From NCBI GenBank assembly GCA_905214525.1, contig CAJMMN010000006.1:19051-83050 (forward strand): a stretch of 64,000 nucleotides of DNA, written 5' to 3'. Within the stretch, counting starts at the first letter, position 1; every line of letters starts with the position of its first letter. The position numbers were made by a program, and so were the translations under genes. This stretch comes from an uncultured bacterium. Lineage in GTDB: Bacteria > Actinomycetota > Coriobacteriia > Coriobacteriales > Coriobacteriaceae. Shown here piece after piece: positions 58,967 to 64,000 of the stretch. The notes under the pieces were generated by a model. It was not told the origin of the DNA, ran no database searches, and worked only from the letters and a program-made list of their open reading frames with translations.

Positions 58967-59077
58967 ATGCGCTCCTCGAGACAAAGATCTGTTGAGGATA
59001 GGCAGAAATGGATATGTTCAGAGAGCAATTCAAGTTTAATCTCATTGCGCGAGATGGTCGACCGTTAGCGTCGAAAA

Positions 59078-59110
59078 CCACCACAAAGGTGCCTGTCCCC
59101 TTTGTGGTGG
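59078..59110. repeat. Family E palindrome between the two divergent orphan genes
   Basis: Perfect 12-bp arms. The loop TGCCTGTCC is inverted relative to the 58211 copy. Confidence 0.85.
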
Positions 59111-59161
59111 TGAGGAGCGCGCGGCTTCTTTTGGTAATAGTGTTAGCTGGCGGTATCATTA

Positions 59162-59872
59162 GTGCAGGTGGCGAAGGTTTGCATTGTGGGGTGTTTTGCC
59201 GTGAGCCGTTCTGCCCGTATTGGATTGATTGTCTTGGCGCTTGCGATCGCTGTGGTTGGCGCGGGCGCTGTCGGTATGGCATTTCTACCTGCTGCGGTGA
59301 CGGAGCCGGTGGTCAAGCCTGTGACTCAATCTGTCGAACTTCTGACCGGCGACGACAAGCCCGAGACCATTACCGTTGATTTTGATGAGCAGCCGGCTGT
59401 GCTGGGTATTAGCAATTATCCGCGTATTCAGCTTGGGGCCATGCGCTATACCACGGATACAAGCCTGATCGATAGGGCGTCCGAGCTACTCAAGGGCAAA
59501 ACATTTAAGCGTTGGTACGGATATGCGTCCTATCGGGCAAAAGCGAACGACATGGTTGGCGGATGCCACTCGTCCATCGAGCTGGACACTGCAAACGGCG
59601 CAAAGTTATGTGATGTCTCGTACGATCCGGGCTACGAGGGCAATGAGGGTCCGGGCATCTACATCATGGACGGCGATGTCGCCTATGTCATGGAGGGCGA
59701 CCAGACCGAGCTCAACGATTTTATGGGTCAGTGTATCCAAGATGCCTATAAACAGACCTGCTTGCCTGACCCGCAGACTGCACGCGATAGTGGGTCTGCC
59801 CGTACATGGCTGTTCGAGGATGAGATGCCCTGGACCGTCGAATCGGGAAGTACGGGTTCGGCGAAGGAGTAG
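59162..59872 (+). CDS. Hypothetical membrane-anchored, Cys-containing extracytoplasmic protein
   Basis: N-terminal TM helix (IGLIVLALAIAVVGAGAVGMAF). Start uncertain (GTG 59162 or GTG 59201). Divergent from the preceding orphan gene. Followed by a hairpin plus T-run. Confidence 0.45.
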   Translation: MQVAKVCIVGCFAVSRSARIGLIVLALAIAVVGAGAVGMAFLPAAVTEPVVKPVTQSVELLTGDDKPETITVDFDEQPAVLGISNYPRIQLGAMRYTTDTSLIDRASELLKGKTFKRWYGYASYRAKANDMVGGCHSSIELDTANGAKLCDVSYDPGYEGNEGPGIYIMDGDVAYVMEGDQTELNDFMGQCIQDAYKQTCLPDPQTARDSGSARTWLFEDEMPWTVESGSTGSAKE

Positions 59873-59881
59873 AGACCGCGA

Positions 59882-59914
59882 CCACCACAAAGGTGCCTGT
59901 CCTCTTTGTGGTGG
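59882..59914 (+). terminator. Family E palindrome plus TTTTC; terminator of the plus-strand orphan gene
   Basis: CCACCACAAAGG-tgcctgtcc-TCTTTGTGGTGG-TTTTC, 10 nt after the stop codon. Confidence 0.75.
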
Positions 59915-59924
59915 TTTTCGGTCT

Positions 59925-59981
59925 GTCTCGATCTGTAACATCTAGGATCAAAAATGGCTGCTAGATGTTACAGATCGAGAC
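59925..59981. repeat. Perfect 21-bp inverted repeat (GTCTCGATCTGTAACATCTAG, 15-nt loop)
   Basis: Arms at 59925-59945 and 59961-59981 are exact reverse complements. Lies at the clpB-proximal edge of the low-GC segment. Confidence 0.85.
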
Positions 59982-60042
59982 GGTAGCGCGCCTGGGCAGC
60001 GGCGGGCTGACATCTCAGTACCCTATCCGTAATTCACTCAGA

Positions 60043-60069
60043 AAATCTTATATATAGAGACTTAGATTT
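60043..60069 (+). promoter_or_regulatory. Candidate HspR operator/promoter element upstream of clpB
   Basis: AAATCTTATAT-N5-GACTTAGATTT, about 90 nt upstream of the clpB ATG. Embedded in ATCTTATA..TATAAGAT dyad symmetry. Confidence 0.55.
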
Positions 60070-60158
60070 GTGTATAAGATCGCGTAAAGCTGGCAACAAT
60101 ACTTCTCGAACAACGTGAAGCCGCCCCGTAGGGCGGCCGCCCCAAGAGAGGTGATTCC

Positions 60159-62786
60159 ATGAGAATCGATAAGCTAGCAATGACGTCGCGCGAGGCGCTG
60201 CAGACCGCCATGAGCACGGCTGCCGATGCACAGGCCGGCGCGGTGGAGCCGATCCACCTGCTGTCTGCCCTGCTCGGTGCCGGCGAGCGCAATATCTCCG
60301 TGATCATCGAGCGCATCGGTGCCGACCCGGCTCAGCTCGCACGCTCCACACAAGATGCCATCGACCATGCGCCCAAGGTGTCGGGCGAGGGTCAGCAGAT
60401 GGGCCTGTCCAACGAGCTCGTTCGCGTGATCGAGAAGGCCGAGAAAAAGGCCACCAAGATGGGCGACAGCTTTGTGGTGACCGAGCATTTGCTGATGGCG
60501 CTTGCCGAGGACAAGGGCGAGGCGGGCCGCGTACTGCGCGACGCCGGCGTCACCAAGGAGCGCATCGAGCAGGTCTACGAGGAGCTGCGTGGCGATGACC
60601 GCGTGACGTCTGCCGAGGACAAGACCCAGTTTGAGGCGCTGGAGCAGTACGGACGCAACATCTGCGACCTCGCCCGCGCCGGCAAGCTCGACCCGGTCAT
60701 CGGCCGTACCGATGAGATTCGCCGCACCATCCAGGTTCTGTCCCGTCGCACCAAGAACAACCCCGTGCTCATCGGCGAGCCGGGCGTCGGCAAGACGGCC
60801 ATCGTCGAGGGCATCGCCCAGCGTATCGTGGCCGGCGACGTGCCGAGCACCCTGCGCGACCGCGACCTCATCGAGCTCGACATGAGCGCGCTGGTCGCCG
60901 GCGCCAAGTATCGCGGCGAGTTCGAGGACCGCTTGAAGGCCGTGCTCAAGGAAGTGCAAAAGTCCGAGGGCAAGGTCATCCTGTTCATCGATGAGCTCCA
61001 CACCATCGTGGGCGCGGGTGCCACCGAGGGCTCCATGGATGCCGGCAACATCCTGAAGCCGGCGCTCGCCCGTGGCGACTTGCACGCAATCGGCGCGACT
61101 ACGCTCGACGAGTATCGCAAGTACATCGAGAAGGACGCGGCACTCGCCCGTCGTTTCCAGACCGTTATGGTGAGCGAGCCTACCGTCGAGGACACCATCT
61201 CGATCCTGCGTGGCCTCAAGGAGAAGTACGAGATCTTCCACGGCGTGCATATCACCGATAGCGCGCTCGTGGCAGCTGCCGACCTCTCCGATCGCTACAT
61301 TGCCGACCGCTTCCTGCCCGACAAGGCCATCGACTTGGTCGATGAGGCCGCAAGCCGCCTGCGCATGGAGCTCGACAGCATGCCGGTCGAGATTGACGCC
61401 ACCACGCGTCAGCTCACCCAGCTGCAGATCGAGGAGCAGGCGCTCATGAAGGAGACCGACGACGCCTCCAAGGAGCGTCTGGAGGCCCTGCGCCAGGAGA
61501 TTGCCGAGGTCCAAGAAAAGCTCAACGTGCAAAAGGCCGGCTGGCTCAACCAGAAGAACGCCATCGACCACGTGCAGGAGCTTAAAGGCCAGCTCGACGA
61601 GGCCAAGAGTGAAGAGGAGCGCGCGACGCGCAACGGAAACTTGGGCCGTGCGTCCGAGCTGCGCTATTCCGTGATCCCGGGTCTGCAGCAGCAGATTCAG
61701 GATTCCGAGGCTGCGCTCGAGGCACAAAAGCAGCAGGACGGCGAGGGCCTCAACGAGCAGGTGACCTCCGATGAGATCGCCGAGGTCACGAGCGCCTGGA
61801 CCGGCGTGCCCGTGTCCAAGATGATGCAGGGCGAGCTCGACAAGTTGAAGGGCCTGGAGGGCGAGCTGCATAAGCGCGTCATCGGTCAGGACGAGGCCGT
61901 GTCCGCTGTGGCCGCGGCCGTGCGCCGCAGCCGTGCGGGACTCTCCGATCCGGACAAGCCCATCGGCAGCTTCTTCTTCCTGGGCCCCACCGGCGTGGGC
62001 AAGACCGAGCTCGCCAAGGCGCTGGCCGAGTGCCTGTTCGATGACGAGCGCGCGCTCGTGCGTATCGACATGTCCGAGTACATGGAGAAGTTCAGCGTCC
62101 AGCGTCTGATCGGGGCGCCTCCGGGATACGTGGGCTACGACGAGGGCGGCCAGCTCACCGAGGCCGTGCGCCGTCGTCCGTACTCCGTAATCTTGCTCGA
62201 CGAGATGGAGAAGGCTCATCCGGATGTCTTCAACGTGCTGTTGCAGGTGCTTGATGACGGCCGTCTGACCGATGGCCAGGGTCGCCAGGTGTCCTTCAAG
62301 AACACGATTATTATCATGACGTCCAACGTGGGCTCCAAGGCCATCGCCGATCTGTCCGGTAAGGACGAGGAGGAGATGCGCCATCAGGTCGACGCGGCCA
62401 TGGCTCAGACCTTCCGCCCCGAGTTCCTCAACCGTATCGACGATATCGTGGTGTTCCATCCGCTCGGCATGGCGCAGATCGAGAAGATCGTCGACATCCA
62501 GCTTGCCGACGTCCGCGCGCGTCTGGCCAAGGAGCGCATGACGCTTGCCATTACCCCGGCGGCCAAGCAGATGCTCGCCGTGGGTGGCCTGGACCCCGTG
62601 TTCGGTGCCCGTCCGCTCAAGCGCCTGGTCCAGCGCGAGGTCGTGGACGCCATCGCCGCCGCCATCATCGACGGTTCGGTGCGCGAGGGCGATCAGGTGA
62701 CGGTCGATGCCGACAAGGACGGCGGCTTTACCGTCGTGTGCGACAACACGCCGGCGGCCACCTACGAGGTTCCCGACGCCGAGTAG
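60159..62786 (+). CDS. clpB: Disaggregase ClpB
   Basis: Two AAA+ modules (GEPGVGKT and GPTGVGKT) with a coiled-coil M-domain. 875 aa. Confidence 0.95.
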   Translation: MRIDKLAMTSREALQTAMSTAADAQAGAVEPIHLLSALLGAGERNISVIIERIGADPAQLARSTQDAIDHAPKVSGEGQQMGLSNELVRVIEKAEKKATKMGDSFVVTEHLLMALAEDKGEAGRVLRDAGVTKERIEQVYEELRGDDRVTSAEDKTQFEALEQYGRNICDLARAGKLDPVIGRTDEIRRTIQVLSRRTKNNPVLIGEPGVGKTAIVEGIAQRIVAGDVPSTLRDRDLIELDMSALVAGAKYRGEFEDRLKAVLKEVQKSEGKVILFIDELHTIVGAGATEGSMDAGNILKPALARGDLHAIGATTLDEYRKYIEKDAALARRFQTVMVSEPTVEDTISILRGLKEKYEIFHGVHITDSALVAAADLSDRYIADRFLPDKAIDLVDEAASRLRMELDSMPVEIDATTRQLTQLQIEEQALMKETDDASKERLEALRQEIAEVQEKLNVQKAGWLNQKNAIDHVQELKGQLDEAKSEEERATRNGNLGRASELRYSVIPGLQQQIQDSEAALEAQKQQDGEGLNEQVTSDEIAEVTSAWTGVPVSKMMQGELDKLKGLEGELHKRVIGQDEAVSAVAAAVRRSRAGLSDPDKPIGSFFFLGPTGVGKTELAKALAECLFDDERALVRIDMSEYMEKFSVQRLIGAPPGYVGYDEGGQLTEAVRRRPYSVILLDEMEKAHPDVFNVLLQVLDDGRLTDGQGRQVSFKNTIIIMTSNVGSKAIADLSGKDEEEMRHQVDAAMAQTFRPEFLNRIDDIVVFHPLGMAQIEKIVDIQLADVRARLAKERMTLAITPAAKQMLAVGGLDPVFGARPLKRLVQREVVDAIAAAIIDGSVREGDQVTVDADKDGGFTVVCDNTPAATYEVPDAE

Positions 62787-62830
62787 ATTTTGGGCCGGCT
62801 TTAAAACCGCCTCTCATCGCAAAACGCCAA

Positions 62831-62865
62831 GGACGGCGGATCCAATCGGGTCCGCCGCCCTTTTT
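62831..62865 (+). terminator. Intrinsic terminator after clpB
   Basis: GGACGGCGGA-loop-TCCGCCGCCC followed by TTTTT. Confidence 0.75.
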
Positions 62866-62917
62866 CGTGCGACAATCGATGGTGTTGAACGTGAGTACAT
62901 GGCAAGGAGATATGCAG

Positions 62918-63091
62918 ATGACAGACAAGAACAAGACGAACACGCCGGCGACCGATGCCGCACCCAAGCCGGCGCCCAAGCCGCGCGACCCCTATATCCG
63001 CGCCGAGAACGAGGACGACGACGGCTACGATCCCTACAGCGATCGCCGCCCCGAGCGCGAGCCCCTCTTCGAAGCCGACCCCTGGCGCTAA
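62918..63091 (+). CDS. Small acidic hypothetical protein (57 aa)
   Basis: AAGGAGA lies 7 nt upstream of ATG 62918. Sequence MTDKNKTNTPATDAAPKPAPKPRDPYIRAENEDDDGYDPYSDRRPEREPLFEADPWR. No family recognised. Confidence 0.4.
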   Translation: MTDKNKTNTPATDAAPKPAPKPRDPYIRAENEDDDGYDPYSDRRPEREPLFEADPWR

Positions 63092-63240
63092 GTAGCTCAT
63101 TTGGGACGGGGCTCTTTTAGCTACTTGGGCTGCTATGTGAGCCAGCATCTAATAGGAGCCGCTAGCCCTGGCCTTTGATGTTCGGCAACAGAAAAACTTG
63201 CTTAGCTACTAATCAAGTTACACGTAATCTTGCTCTCCTG

Positions 63241-63270
63241 CTAATCAAGAATCGATATAATCTTGATTAG
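63241..63270. promoter_or_regulatory. Perfect 10-bp inverted repeat CTAATCAAGA-N10-TCTTGATTAG upstream of the ATPase gene
   Basis: Part of a cluster of AATCAAG / CAAGATT repeats at 63200-63290, in low-GC DNA about 25 nt upstream of the start codon. Confidence 0.45.
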
Positions 63271-63293
63271 CATATAAGCAAGATTGGAGAATC

Positions 63294-64000
63294 ATGGCAT
63301 TCAACGACTTGGTGGCCCAGAAAATAAAGGACTTTGAGCAACAAGGAGTTCCACAGGTCTTTGAGCGCGACCTTGATCTGGGAAACCCGCAGGAACCCAA
63401 GCGCGACAACATCGTAAATCTGATTGTGGGAGCCCGTCGTTGTGGAAAGACGTATCGCCTGTATCAGGAGATGCAGCGGCTTCAGGGTCAAGGTATCGAG
63501 CTTGACCGGATGCTTTATTTCAATTTTGAGGATGAGCGCTTGCGTCCGTATGAGCCGTCGCTGCTAGCGGACGTGCTCGATACATTCTATGCGCTATATC
63601 CTGCTGCTCGAACCGAGGGCGCCTACATTTTCTTCGATGAAATCCAGGAAATTCCCGAATGGGGTGCGTTTCTGCGGCGTGTGGTCGATACGAAGAAAGC
63701 GACCGTCTACGTGACGGGATCTTCTTCTAAGATGCTGTCCTCGGAACTTAAGAGCGAGTTCAGGGGCCGCTCTCTTGTGCGAGAGCTGTTTCCGTTGAGT
63801 TTTTCGGAATACGTCCGATATAAGACGGGGAGCGTTCCTGAGCCGGATGCACCCTTTTCATCGAGCGATGCAGCACTGCTTCGACATCATCTGATCGGAT
63901 ATCTTGAGCGAGGGGGATTCATCGCGACGCTAGAGCAGACGCCCGCGGACGCGATTCAGCTGCTACAGGAATATGCGTCGCGAACGGTCGCCATGGACGT
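63294..64000 (+). CDS. AAA-type ATPase of the COG1373 / DUF4143 family, 3'-truncated by the window edge
   Basis: Not in the supplied ORF track because no stop falls in the window. GGAGA precedes ATG 63294. Walker A GARRCGKT and Walker B IFFDEIQ. Confidence 0.75.
   Translation, partial: MAFNDLVAQKIKDFEQQGVPQVFERDLDLGNPQEPKRDNIVNLIVGARRCGKTYRLYQEMQRLQGQGIELDRMLYFNFEDERLRPYEPSLLADVLDTFYALYPAARTEGAYIFFDEIQEIPEWGAFLRRVVDTKKATVYVTGSSSKMLSSELKSEFRGRSLVRELFPLSFSEYVRYKTGSVPEPDAPFSSSDAALLRHHLIGYLERGGFIATLEQTPADAIQLLQEYASRTVAMD

Overview
This is a high-GC Gram-positive chromosome segment. By inference it is actinobacterial, and most like a Coriobacteriia/Collinsella-type gut anaerobe. The clues are a dnaK-grpE-dnaJ-hspR operon, hyp maturation genes, PTS sugar genes and a sortase-type giant surface protein. 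I support about 47 protein genes and found no rRNA, tRNA, CRISPR array or intact transposase. In window order the genes are:
- a NarL-type two-component system with a degenerate kinase paralog
- an SPFH/zinc-ribbon operon
- a sugar-utilisation patchwork (DUF1593, esterase, PTS EIIBC, GH140-like, RpiR, a large uncharacterised GH, AraC, GH1 phospho-beta-glucosidase, PTS EIIA)
- mgtA, pyrE, and an XRE-HTH::desulfoferrodoxin fusion
- nikR-hypFCDE, trxA, and an orphan AgrC/AgrA-like (HPK10/LytTR) pair
- a 2534-aa cell-surface protein with three ~1.39-kb super-repeats
- nadABC-niaR, a ferredoxin, dnaK-grpE-dnaJ-hspR, an aconitase-family enzyme
- two orphan membrane-anchored proteins, clpB, and a partial DUF4143-type ATPase

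The most unusual content is non-coding. At least five families of structured interspersed repeats occupy the intergenic regions:
- a ~215-nt element present three times, each starting 0-4 nt after a TAG stop codon and showing compensatory base changes
- 3 x 62-nt hairpin arrays
- CCACCACAAAGG palindromes bracketing two orphan genes
- composite hairpin elements

A 207-bp palindromic, AT-richer insertion also sits in frame inside hypF. All calls come from reading the sequence and translations by eye, with no database search. Family names are recognition-level assignments, and most start codons were refined by RBS inspection.
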